A stretch of DNA of 60,326 nt, filler included, from Hausera hauseri (GCA_046269625.1; 12 parts of 12 records of this genome joined end to end with filler, not necessarily neighbours in it), one strand, 5' to 3'. Positions 38,701 through 51,300 are shown, counted from the whole stretch's first letter. The notes: generated by a model from the letters alone, not told the origin. A program made the numbers and translations.

Positions 38701-39780
38701 CGAACCGAAGTGCTGATGTCAGAACATGATTCATACTTAGCCGAACACATGTCCTGGAAGACATTAGAAAGAATAATAAACAAGTACTTTTGGCATAGTA
38801 TCTATATTGATGTGAAAAATTGGGTAAATGCCTGTGAAGTGTGTGCAACTAAGCAGAAAAAGACGAAAAAATACATGGCCGAGTTAAAACGAATTGATGT
38901 ATCCGATAGGCCCATTTAGGCCATGTCGATGGATATCGTAGGATCTCTTCCTACGACTCATAGGAACAATAAGTATATGTTAACGTGCGTCGATCGCCTA
39001 ACTCATTTTGTCAAAGTGGTAGCATTGGTTGATCAGAAGGCGGAAACTTTAGCAGAAGCAGTAGTAAGAAGAATCATTTGTCGATACGGACCACCTGACC
39101 AAATATTAACGGATAGAGGTAGAAACCTTACCAGTGAACTTTTCGAGAAGATTACCAAGATATTTGAAATCGAACGATTAACCACTACCGCATATCATCC
39201 TGAGTGTAACGGGATGGTAGAAGGCATGAATGCTACCATCATACGTATATTATCAACAGTTGTGGCAAAGGGCCAAAAGGATTGGGATGGATTTTTAGAA
39301 GGAACTCAATTTGCGATTAATACTACACCACATTTAGTAACAGGATTTACACCATTTTTCATGATGTATAGTTGTGAAGCTGTGTTACCTGCAGACTTAG
39401 TAATGACGCCATACACAGTCAGTCTCGAAGATTTGGAGCAGAACTTTGCAGAAGTATTGCAGACACGATTACAAAAATGTTGGGAAATTGCCAAGGAGCT
39501 ATTTTAAAAATATCAAGAACAGTTTAAAAAGCAATATGATAAGAAAGCGAAACCGCACGATCTAGAACAAGGAAACTGGGTTTATGTACATTATTCGGTA
39601 GCCAAAAAAGGCACCTCACTAAAATTGACTTGTACGGGTAGAAAACCGTATGAAGTCACCAGAGTCACGCCAACCACAGTGTATATTAGCAAGAATGGAA
39701 AAGAAGAAGTTGTGTCAATACAGAGAGTTGTCAAGACAGAAATGCGACCCAGCAAACGTTATAATTTACGCCAACGTTGG
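35745..39780 (+). pseudogene. Linker plus Pol (protease, RT, RNase H, integrase) of family B copy 1
   Basis: VVLGCNLL (protease end), RFCIDYRALN, KTAF...MPFG, AYLDDVII, IKTDAS, HVDADALSR, H..H...CEVC, MDIVGSLP, ILTDRG and HPECNGMVE. Confidence 0.95.
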
Positions 39781-41211
39781 GTAAAAACATCCTCAATAGT
39801 TACTAGACCAATATCATATGTTCAGATAGTTTTAGCATTATCACTAATTGCCTCCTACATCCCAAGAATACAAGCGCAATGGTGGCATGATGAATCCACA
39901 TTAGGAGATATATACGGAATTCGGAAGAGTGGATCGAAATCGGAAGCAGATAAAACGGAGAAGAAACCAACAGCCGAACAAATTCAAAGACAAGAAGATA
40001 CTAAATTGTTACAATCGATGATAATTCACTATTATTCGCCAAACGCAGTATGATCGGATTTAAGGTTTGGAGGCCACACCTTGATTTTGGAAAGTTTCAA
40101 ATTGTCTTATTTGACCTAACCACAAAAGCAATGAAAAATTGTAATTTCGAACCTGGAGAGAATATCCAGTGCTGCGACAGATTTTGGACGCACGTATAAC
40201 CTCACCTATCGTCTCTACTTGCCAGACTCATCCGAAGTTTATCTTGAAACAAAGCCACATTCACAATTAATTATCCCTGCATGGAACAGACATCATGGAG
40301 TAAAACTTAATGAAATATTACGATCTACTGACCCAGATATAAGAATATTAAACGAAAATATCCAGATAATCTCTGTGAATAAGGACAAACAATGCATTCA
40401 AGTAGACGCTAGAACAGGATTAACTTTTAGTCAGGAAATTAGTATTACGTTTGAAGCAACAGATGGACTGACCCCAAAAATAGAATATTGTTCTATTCGA
40501 GCAGGCGTACAAAGTCCATGAAGTAAAATACCCGTAAACCAAGAATTCAAGATAAGATTTGACTTATATGAAGTACGGCCTAATAAATCAAGTGTACAAC
40601 TTCGAACTTACTATCCAGAAAATAAAATTTGGAAAATTTTAGTAGAGACAACCACCAGAAGACCGGCAACTCAAGTTAATACCGTTACGACAACCGTTAC
40701 GTCGGCCAGTGTGCCGAAAAGAGAATTAGGAAGCATTCCTATTAGATATTCGGTATATCGGTCTAAGATTGTGTTCTTTGTGGAAGGAAAACAAAATTAC
40801 AATATACATAAATTGTCGGACAACGTATAATAATCAAGCTGTGACATTATTTAAAAATACTTATCAGAGTGCAATTTATTAAAACCACAAACCAAGTATG
40901 TAGTACAAGTATACGCAGAGAATAAGCAAAATCAGACTGTTACATTGCAAACTTTAGATGAGATTCGCGCAGAATCCCATGCATACGAGGATATAGATGG
41001 ACAGATCACAACTCCGGTCACCACACAAGCCCCAATGGGATTAACTACGCTACCAATCGTATCCATCTCCATATTGTCAACATTTGTTCTCATATTAATC
41101 GCGATTTTTCGGCTAGTTACCAAAAACTGCTATTCTAAGCGTTCTGAAAACTCAGAGTGGGAATTAAGGAAACTGGAAACCTCTGTTGATCCGTATGATA
41201 AAATAACCTGA
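39781..41211 (+). pseudogene. Type-I membrane protein fused in frame after integrase (signal peptide, FN3-like domain, Thr-rich stalk, TM, short tail)
   Basis: After RYNLR: YVQIVLALSLIASYIPRIQA (signal-like), TTTRRPATQVNTVTTTVTS, LKPQTKYVVQVYAEN (FN3-like), IVSISILSTFVLILIAIFRLV (TM) and tail YDKI. ORFs 38923, 39625, 40219 and 40945 share one frame. Confidence 0.7.
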
Positions 41212-41540
41212 CAACTACAGAGCGGGTTATTCTATCATCTAATAAAGAATTGATTTAATTTTAAAACTATCCTTTGTCGTAAGATTAATCCTTACTGTTT
41301 ATTTTTCAGACTGATGAGTAAAGAAAGAAATACGGAAGCAAACACCGGACGACCTAGGATCGACGTATCACAATCTACCCAAGAGTCAGAACAATGTAGT
41401 ATCGATAAATCGCCGAAACGCCGATTTAGTATCGACGAATTCTTGCAGAATTATGCTACCATCTTCCTCCCAAATTCTAAATCGATATATAGAGAAATAC
41501 ATAACGTACTACATGAGAAAACCTTCGTGAAGTATGATCG

Positions 41541-41640
41541 NNNNNNNNNNNNNNNNNNNNNNNNNNNNNNNNNNNNNNNNNNNNTTAATTAATTAANNNN
41601 NNNNNNNNNNNNNNNNNNNNNNNNNNNNNNNNNNNNNNNN
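41541..41640. other. Artificial contig-joining linker
   Basis: N44-TTAATTAATTAA-N44. Confidence 0.99.
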
Positions 41641-44070
41641 CAGCGTTTTACGGTAACACCAGTGCAGCACACACAGCCTCCCTGGTTGAGCCTGGCTGGC
41701 TGCAAATTGTTTTTTCCCATCCTCTTCTTCCCACCGTCGGTGAATAAGATCGAGGATGTGCAGTGTGCTCACTCAAAACACACACTCTCCGACTGCGGAA
41801 AATACTGAACCTCAGTATTTTCAATCTAAGTCCCATGGGTCGCTCAAGAGGAATCTCCTCTGGGGGTGATGGCGGCAGGGCCCCGGGTTTCAGTTATATC
41901 CATGACAACCCTGGTCTGGAGAGTACACACTTACCCGCTCTCAGAGCGCTGCTCTGATTGGCAACGTGTTTGCGTGATGGATCAGTGGATGGACTGCCTG
42001 ATCAGCAGGTCCACACTGCAGTATCCAAGAGCACCTCTGAGTTTCGGCGGCGTCCTGGAGACCATGTCGTCTCCACAGCAGACTCTGGCTCTCCAGTCCG
42101 AGCTGCTAGAACTCCGGATAAAAGATGTGATTTCCAGGGTTCCCAGCAGGGAGCAGAGTATGGGCTTTTAGTCCCGGTATGTCCTGGAACCAAAAGTCAG
42201 GCAGGATGGACCCATTCTGGATCTGTTCTTTTTCTCACCCATCCGCAAACATAGAGAAATTGTGTTCTTAATCCAAAAGCACATCATTTTCTCCAAATGC
42301 GTGGAGATGGCCCTGCAGCCATTACGCACGGCCAGGATGAGGATCCTGATCTATTTGGACGACCTGTTCTCTGGCTCGATCCAAAGAGGAAGCAGGAGTG
42401 CAAACGAGGATGGAACTCACTTGTCCAACTGAGCTTCTCTATAAACTGGGAGAAAGCTCTGTCATTCATCCCATTCATCTGGGAGTGGAGTTAAACTCAT
42501 CCACCATGAGAGCGCACCTGTTCCAGCAGGAAGACGCTCTGACGGCACTGCTCGACATGTCATCCGCCGGCGGACCGACTGTACGCCACAAGCAGCGAGT
42601 GGTCTCCGCTCCTCCCTCGGTGGGAGCGAATCTGAGCCCACGAGACTAACCTCTGCAGGGGATGGACGTATTCCCTCAGTCTCCACTGATCCTGCGCCCC
42701 TTTGTCCAGGGGCGAAGAAACAGCTGAGTGTGATTCTGGTGCAGCTGTTATCAGATGTAGACAGGAGTGATCAGTAAATTCCCAGTGATTGATCAGCACC
42801 TCTGGGTCTGGCCGCTGAACAGGAGCATCTAGAGAGGCTGGGCCTCTCTTAGGATGTGGTGTTCATCACTCAGGGCGCACGGGCTGCGCCACCACAGCAT
42901 TTTACACATCCAAATGTACAGCGTTTCAGCGCTGGTGTGTAGAGAAGGGCCTGGATCCCTTTTCATGTCCCCTGCCCTGCATTTTGTCTGTCTTCCAGCT
43001 GCTGATGGACAGAAAATTGGTTTTCAGCGCAATTAGAACATACGCTGCAACCTTTCCTTTGATCACGAGGGCTACGGTGACAGAACTGCGTTTAATCACC
43101 TGCTGATGGAACGCTTCCTGAAAGGTGTGTGCAGACACAAACCTGTGTCACGCATGTTCGCTCTTCAGTGGGTTTTAGCGCTGGTTCTACGCGCACTGAC
43201 TAAAGCTCCATTAAGCTTGTCACTCAAAACAGCTCTGCTGTTAGCGCTGACATCAGCTAAGAGAATGAGTAATTTATCAGCTCCGTCTGTGGCTCCATCC
43301 TACCTGTAGCGTTGGATGGTTTCTTCTCTCCCTCCTCCACATAACTCTGAGGAGGAAGCCACCTCATCTTATCTGTCCTGTACGCGCGCTCTCTTGCTAC
43401 ATCGCACGCACAACTGATTATGGCGCTCTCTGCGCTTGTTTGTGTGTGATCAGAGAACAGTCTAAAGGACCTCTGTCAGATCAGCGCCTGTCACACTGGC
43501 TGTGTGAGGCTGTTTTACAAGCTTATATCTCCTCTGGATCACAGCCTCCAGAGGGGCTCAGAGCTCACTCCACCAGAGGAATTCATCCTCTACAGATCTG
43601 CATGGAGGAGTGTCAGTACAGGACAGCTGCACTGCAGCTTCCTGGGTTTCTCCATGCTCATTTATTTGTTTTTACCTGCGTGATGTTTCCTGTTTCTCTC
43701 TGACCCACTCTGTTCTCAGAGTTCGGTCGAGTGATGATGTGGATGTATTTAGTAAGCGCACTCTCCTGTTACGTGGCGCTCACAGCTGAGATAAGGTGCT
43801 CTCAGTGCCTTTTTGTGCACTACAGAGAACAGTCTGTAGGCTAATTTCACAAGTTACATCTCGTCGGGGCTGCAGCCCCAGATGTTTTGACAGCTCACTC
43901 CACAAGGGGTTTTTCTTCTTCCTCTGCTTTGCATAGAGGAATGTCAATTCAGGACATCTGCTCAGCAGCTTCCTGGTCGTCCCCTTGTCCTTTCATCCGT
44001 TTTTACCTGCGTGATGTTTCCAGTTCCTCTCTGACCCACGCTGTCCTCGGGACCTTGTCAGGGTAATGGT
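41641..44070 (+). mobile_element. Degenerate DIRS-type tyrosine-recombinase retrotransposon (teleost-like)
   Basis: RT remnants (PILDL; MRILIYLDDL at 42337-42366) and YR motifs LSLKTALLLALTSAKR and LSDQRLSHWL...LRAHSTRG. The YR 3' end is present twice (about 43560-43730 and 43890-44065). Confidence 0.88.
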
Positions 44071-44225
44071 TTTATGTCTGATCCATTCAGACAAATTTTT
44101 ATGTACATATTGTAAATATTGTACATATTTTATTCACATTATATGAATTATGTGATGGAATGTTGTTCGGTTTTCACGCAGGAATATGCTCATTACATAA
44201 GCTCACACACAGGCCATGACAAAAG

Positions 44226-44666
44226 CTAAATATTCAGACAGCCCCTACAGACAGTATTCTCCCGCCACGGCACTTGTCCCTGTGGGGTTTGGAAAAACTG
44301 AGTAAAGTTTTGCCTGACACGCTGTGCGGCTCGTGAGGCACGGGCTGCCGACAGTCTGCCCGTGTCCAGCAGGTTGTTGTCTCCAGCCACTTCGGTCCTC
44401 CAGACACCTTGCTGGAACTCGCCTGTTGCGGTAGGTGAGTCGGCAAAGTTTGGAGGGATATAACTTGCAGCAGGCGCATTAGCAGCATCTGTTGTTGTTA
44501 GGTAGTTGTGCAGACACACGCACGCCTTAACAACATCGACAACCTTGTCTGGGACAAACTCCATTGGACGTCCAAGGATCCTCCACCTTGACGCCAGGAT
44601 TCCAAACGCATTTTCGATCACACGACGTGCTCTGGAGTGCCGGTAGTTGTAAATCTGCTCTGCCAA
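44226..44666 (-). mobile_element. PIF/Harbinger transposase C-terminal exon
   Basis: YNYRHSRARRVIENAFGILASRWRIL...KACVCLHNYL and G.VPW. Confidence 0.9.
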
Positions 44667-45374
44667 GTTGAGGTTCCGATCTGCACAAACAAAATAAAAA
44701 CAAAAAGATCATTAATGAAAAAAAACTGTCATTTTTATTTCAATAACATAACATGCTTGATGCAAACACAACTGCACATGCAGAATATAGAAATGTATCA
44801 AGTAGAGCAAATGAGAGTGAATAGTTTTGTTATGCATTATTTTTATTTTTTTAATTAAGTACTAACCTGAATATGGACACATGAGGTTCACATGCAGAGG
44901 GAATGCATCATCTCCAACAAACACATGCTGTCCTCCCTAGTGTCAGATTAGTCCATTCATTTAGAAAAGGGCAGGAGGTGAAAGAAAAGGTTATAGCTAA
45001 GAAGGAATCGGCAGAAGGAGTGATTACTGAAAAGAATCAAATAGAACTGTTTAAGAATAAATTAGTTGCCAGTGTTAGAAACACCAAATTTGAGGAGTTA
45101 TCAAATGAAGACCTCAAAATATTGGCCACACTTTTACATTAAACTCATTACTAAAAGAAATGGTTTGTTGAGACTAGTGTTTATTTTGGTTTATTTGTGT
45201 GTGATATGTTTAGGACTCTCTTGGCCCTGGTTTGCCATGTGGTTCAGGTCAATGTCAATGCAGAGGAAGACCTGAAGAAAATGAAGCAGAGAACCAGGTA
45301 CTATAAGGTGAAAAAATATTCTACAGTATAAAATTATGTTCTTGACTAACTAATATTTGCTTAAAAAATGTGTT

Positions 45375-45470
45375 GAGAAAAGCATCAATCTGTTCCACTG
45401 TCTAAGTGAACTAAATGATCAGTCCCTGGTGGAGGAAATCCAACAATCTCTACAAACAGGAAGTCTCTGC
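45375..45470 (+). pseudogene. Fragment of a teleost NLR-C (NACHT-LRR) family gene
   Basis: EKSINLFHCLSELNDQSLVEEIQQSLQTGSL is the characteristic post-NACHT motif of fish NLRC3-like genes. Confidence 0.8.
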
Positions 45471-46073
45471 AGGTTTCAGCAGTTTGTGAAATGAACTGAA
45501 GGATGCTGCAGCTGGAAACTGATAAACTAAAACTGAGAGTATTAGATTTTATGCCTCATTGCAGGAATAATTCAGATTAAACTCTCCAAAGTACTGGGAT
45601 TAAACTGGTTCCAGAAGCTCAGAGTCCTGGAAAAACCCCAGAAAGTTGTTTTTGGTCTCTGAAATGTTCCGTTGGGATTCTCCTCCTCCATGTGACTCAG
45701 AGTTTTTCCTTCCAGCACCAATAAAACTTTCCCGTCTCTCGGTCCAGCAGCCATTAGCTTCTGCCTGCGGGCGCATTAAACGCTGCAGCTTGGAAAACAA
45801 AGCCTGCATTCTCACACTTCCAGGTTCTGTTCAGTTCTGATCATGAAGTTTACTGGACCTGTTTTATCACTGCAGCCCCAACAGATGTAACTGAGCCGTC
45901 ATCCGCGGGACAAGAAGGCAGTAAGTTTCATTTGTGCTTCATCCAGCTGTCAGGACGTTTTGTTTTTTTTGTTTTGTTAGTTTGTTTTTTGCAGAGATAA
46001 CGACTCACACAGAAATCACATGATGTTAACACCTCCTTTAAATTAAATATGGAAATGTTGAATTAATCTTTTT

Positions 46074-46173
46074 NNNNNNNNNNNNNNNNNNNNNNNNNNN
46101 NNNNNNNNNNNNNNNNNTTAATTAATTAANNNNNNNNNNNNNNNNNNNNNNNNNNNNNNNNNNNNNNNNNNNN
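46074..46173. other. Artificial contig-joining linker
   Basis: N44-TTAATTAATTAA-N44. Confidence 0.99.
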
Positions 46174-49100
46174 TACAAGAACTTCCAGTAATATATCAGG
46201 ACGTACTGAGGTTAGTAACACCAATTACCAGAGTGTTGTTGACAAATGCCACTTAACCGACAATTTTTAGATACTGTAAAACCAGCTTAGGAGAGCCAAT
46301 GTTCAGACGTAGCGAAACCGACTGGGTAAGTCTACCTAACGGTGGTATTATCGCACCACCTACCAAACTGACAGGAACAAACTTAATAAAATGAATAACC
46401 GATGACAAATTTTAGGATACAGCTGCAAAAGATATTTACCGACCAAAAGAAGTAGAGGCGTTTATACAATTTCGCGCTTCTCCCCGCCAACGTACTCATG
46501 AATTAAACAGAGCGATGCATACAATATTAGAGGACTCGCGCTATCAGGCGAAATGGGAGTCACTACTTGGAGTTGGCTATTACAAGAAGGTAACTACAGA
46601 AATATTATACAAAATATGGGGAAGATTTCTGATATTCGGACAAGCCGCGTCAGTATTTCTAGCAATATACTTCTTAATTTAACTAGTAAAAGCTATAATT
46701 CAAGCAATCATAAATGGATACGAGATATTTACCTTAACAGGATTTTCGTGCAAAATTTTAACGGCTATTATTACACCTTTCGGTAAATTCTTAAAGGCTT
46801 GTGAAGAAAGTAAATGGAAAACAGATGTAGAGCGACTTGTGGGCTACCACAATCGAAAACGTAAAACACACGTATTTGATTATAGACAGAAATTCATAGT
46901 CAGTAAGACACAAAAAAATAATTCGGATGATGACGAGCATAAGAGAGGAGACATCATCACCAGGCCGAGTAAACACAAAAAGTACTCTGTTATGAAATTA
47001 CCATTACCAGTAATGCCACCAATGGCACCTATAGATGAAGATTGCGAGAAACAATCTATGAGCTCGTGTCAGACAGACGTCTATCGCAAGCCATTTAATA
47101 TAGAGGATCCCTACGAAGGAACAAAACGCTATGTGATATTTAGCAAGATCCACGAAACAGAGAGGACGTCTGCCCCACACCATCGATCGGCAATAGACAA
47201 CCACGGTATAATTTACTCACATAGAATACCTAAGCCAAACGAAACGCAATCGATATTTACTCGAAGCTGCAAAGCATGAAATCTCCGAAAAACACATGTT
47301 CAGCCTCCAGTCAGAAACCCAAGAGTAGAAAACGCGAATGGAACGAATAACGAACTATATCCAATTGGAGAGTTAAGACAGTTTGTCGATCAGCCAGTTG
47401 GAACCACTGAAGTTACCATCAACGGCTATAAAGTGTCTACGATACGACAACCCAAGGTAGAGCCAAGCTATTACGGTACAGTAATCGAATGAAGGCACTT
47501 CGCAAAAATTCAATTGGGGGATTGGGAGGTTTATGCACTAATAGATACATGATCTGAAATATCGCTGATAAAATATGATTCAATACCACAATTCTTACGG
47601 AAACAATTATATTCACCTCCCACGACAGACCCAGGAAGCATTGGAGCTTTCGGACAGTCGTCGAAAAGCAAATTCCGTTGGAAACCAGAAATTCACATAA
47701 TGGGACAATCTTTTCGTCATGAATTCTCGGTAATGGAGCAACTAACGGATGACGTAGTGTTACTGTGTGACTTATTGAGACAACTGCCCAATATAGCAAT
47801 CGATTTCAATGCAATCAAGTTGATAGAACTTGGCCCAATAAACGGAGTTAAAACCACTAAAGATAGGAAATTTGGAGAAGTGTAGATTCCAGTGGATGAA
47901 ACCCTATCACCCAAAACAGAAATCCTAATATATGCTCAGATACGTCAGGATGACGATCAGCCAATATATTTTGAACCAAAGGAATCGCTCGATTCAAACC
48001 TCGTACTCAGCAATGTTTTGACAAGAGTATCAACGGGTCGTGTACCAATCAGGATAGTCAATAACGCACCAATTCCGATCAATCTGTACGCTAATACCAC
48101 TTTGGAACACATGTGGAGAGTATCATCAATCACTATTGAGTAGAAACCATATAACGGTGCCGAATTTCCACCCCACGTCGAGACTAAGTTTTCACCAGAA
48201 TCATATTGTCAATTTTACGAATTACTTTGTCATTATAGTTCAATTATTGCGAGAGATAAAGAAGACATTGGCCGAGCCAAAACCTTAAGGCTTACGATTC
48301 CGCTTAAGAAAAATCCCGGATGTAACGACGAAATAGACTTAGAAGATCAAAAGATTCCAAAATAGTACCCTCCTCCACACTCGTTAAGACCAGAGATAAC
48401 CAAAGAGGTTGAACGAATGTTAAAGGCAGACATAATTAGACCATGCTACAAATCTTGGTATTCACCGATACTCATGGTCAAGAAAATAGGTACTATTAAG
48501 CACCGATTTTGTATCGACTATTGAGCACTAAATACACTTATTATGAAGGACTCTTTTCCTTTATCATCAGTAAAGGAAGCTCTGGACAGACTTTGGGAAG
48601 CTAAATGGTTTACCACTCTTGGCTTGCAATCAGGATATTGGCAAGTGGAGATAGAAGAAGAAGATTGTTACAAAACGGCATTTAAGAGACACGACGGCAT
48701 ATATGAATTTAATGTTATGCCTTTCGGAATCACCAATGGACCAGCTATTATCACCCGCATGATGAATAAGATGCTAATGGGACTGGCACATGCATTCGCC
48801 TATTAAGATGACGTCATGATTGCCTCGAAAACGAAAGACGAACATTTAAAAGACATTGAAGGTACACTCATGAGGCTGGAACATGCTGGACTAAAACTGA
48901 ATCCCAAGAAGTGCAAATTGGCTTAAAATGCGGTATCGTACCTTGGACATATAGTTGGAGAAGGAAAATCGAAGCCAGACAAGTCATTACTAAATAAGAT
49001 ATCGGACTGCATGGAACCTCAGAACCAAAAGAAATTAAGACATTGGTTAGGTTTGTGTGGGTATTATGCTACTTACATACCGGACAACGCGAAGATACAC

Positions 49101-51200
49101 GCACCTTTGTACCGCTTATTAAAAAAGGAAATCAAATGGAAGTGGACCGATATCGAACCAAAGGTTTTCGATGAAATAAAGTACATTTTAACTAATGAAC
49201 CGGTTTTAAGATATCCTGACTTCAACCTGCCGTTCATAATCAAAACGGATGCCAGCATGGAAGGCATCGGATATGAACTGGCTCAGAATCGAGAAGACGA
49301 GGAGTTAGAACACCCGATCGCATATGAAAGGCGTTCTCTAAAGAAGGCTGAAAAGAACTATTCCGTAACAAAGCTGGAAACATTGGCAGTGAAAGAAGCA
49401 CTGCGACACTTTAACGTGTATGTCTATGGACAAAAGACTGTAATCGTTACCGATCATAAGGCAGTCACGATCTTAAAAGGTAAAGCGAATAATCCAACGT
49501 GTAGACTAAATATATGGATAGAAAAATTTTCACGTTACAATATTGAATTTCAATACAAACCCGGAAGTAAACATGTCGATGCCGACGCATTATCGAGACT
49601 TAAAACCAAAACAAGCGCAGTTACTGTAATGAGTAAAGCACACCTCGAAGATTTAGTAGAAAGACAACGGAATTCGTGCTGGATAAAGCATTAAAGATTG
49701 CTGTCGAACAGAGAAAAGACAGGGTTATACAACAGATTATCGAGTTCGTTGATACCAACGTAACACCCAAGGGTCATATACGGAAACACCTACGACGATA
49801 TGGTCACAAATACTGCGTCGCTGGAGATTGGAACCATGAAAAAGTGTTATACTACGAACGAAAAGGACGAAAATTGGTAGTCATACCAAAAGGAGTGCGC
49901 ACAGAAGTGCTTTTAGCCGAACATGATTCATACTTAGCTAGACACATGTCGTGGAAAAAGACATTAGAAAGGATATTAAATAAATATTATCGGCCGAGTA
50001 TTTACATTGATGTGAGAAATAAGCGCAACCAAACAAAGGAAAGTGAAAAACATATCGACGTGCCCGATAGACCAATGCAAGCAATGTCTATGGATATTGT
50101 AGGGCCATTACCTACAACTCATAAGAAAAAAAATATAGTTTGACCTGTGTAGATCGACTGACTCATTTCATCGAGCTTGTAGAGTTACTAGACCAAAAAG
50201 CCGAAACCTTGGCAGAAGCCGTAGTTCGCAAAATCATTTGCAGATACAAGCCACCCGAACAAATCTCGACAGACAGAGGAAGAAACTTCACGAGCGAATT
50301 GTTCGACAAAATTACCAAAATTTTTGAGATTGTACGGCTAACTACTACGGCTTATCATCCCCAATGTAGTGGAATGGTTGAGCCAATGAACGCAACAGTT
50401 ATACGAATCTTATCGACAGTAGTCGCACAAGACCAGAAAGATTGGGATGAGTTCTTAGAAGGTACACAGTTTGCTATTAATACTACGCCACATCCTGCAA
50501 CAGTACTTACTCCGTTTTTTATGATGCATGGCAGAGAAGCTGTATTACCTACAGATATAGGACTGATTCCATACACAACAAGAACGGAAGATTTGGAACA
50601 AAATTTTGTCGAAGTATTACAATCAAGATTGCACAAGTGTGGGGAGATAGCCAAGGAAGTATCTAAAGAATACCAGGAACAATTCAAGAAGCAATACCAT
50701 AAGAAAGCTAAACCTCACGATTTAGAACCCGCAAATTGGGTTTATGTACACTATCCAGTAGCAAAGAAAGGAATATCTCTTAATTTTACCAGGACAGGCA
50801 CAGGACCTTATGAAGTTACCAAGATTACGCCGACCACAGTCTATATAAATAAAAATGGCAAGGAAGAGGTCATATCAATTCAGAGATTAGTTAAAACGGA
50901 AATAAGACCGGATAAATGCTATAATTTGCGTTCGAATAAAGTTAATAAGGAAAGGAAAACATCGTCAATCGTAACCAAACCGTTACCGTATGTCCAAATA
51001 ATTCTTGCCCTATCGTTAATCGCTTCATGTGTACCCAAGGTGACATCAATAACTAGAGCCGAAAAACTACGATACGCGATGAAACGCAGGGATATCCAGA
51101 ACATGCAATCACTTAGAGTACATGATATGGATTGGAGCAAACCATGTGCATGGTTTGAAGCAAGCGAACCTATTCAGAGCCACGTAAAATTTCAAATAAT
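46174..51200 (+). mobile_element. Envelope-bearing Ty3/Gypsy retroelement (family B), copy 2
   Basis: Glycoprotein C-terminus (QELPVIYQ...IWGRFLIFGQAAS, 46174-46830) continues in frame via NNSDDDE into the protease ALIDT*SEISLI (about 47535-47570), then RT, RH, IN, RSNK and the signal-like YVQIILALSLIASCVPKVTS. Confidence 0.92.
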
Positions 51201-51300
51201 NNNNNNNNNNNNNNNNNNNNNNNNNNNNNNNNNNNNNNNNNNNNTTAATTAATTAANNNNNNNNNNNNNNNNNNNNNNNNNNNNNNNNNNNNNNNNNNNN
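51201..51300. other. Artificial contig-joining linker
   Basis: N44-TTAATTAATTAA-N44. Confidence 0.99.

Larger units (their letters stand above)
34572..41211 (+). mobile_element. Envelope-bearing Ty3/Gypsy retroelement (family B), copy 1: glycoprotein-PR-RT-RH-IN-membrane protein
   Basis: Colinear with 46174-51200. Gypsy domain order. Scattered premature stops and a few frameshifts. Confidence 0.92.

Noticed and set aside
46174-49000. Alternative genetic code suggested by many in-frame TGA/TAA/TAG
   Set aside because: The stops replace different residues at different sites in each copy and co-occur with frameshifts, while the 4-kb host ORF has none.
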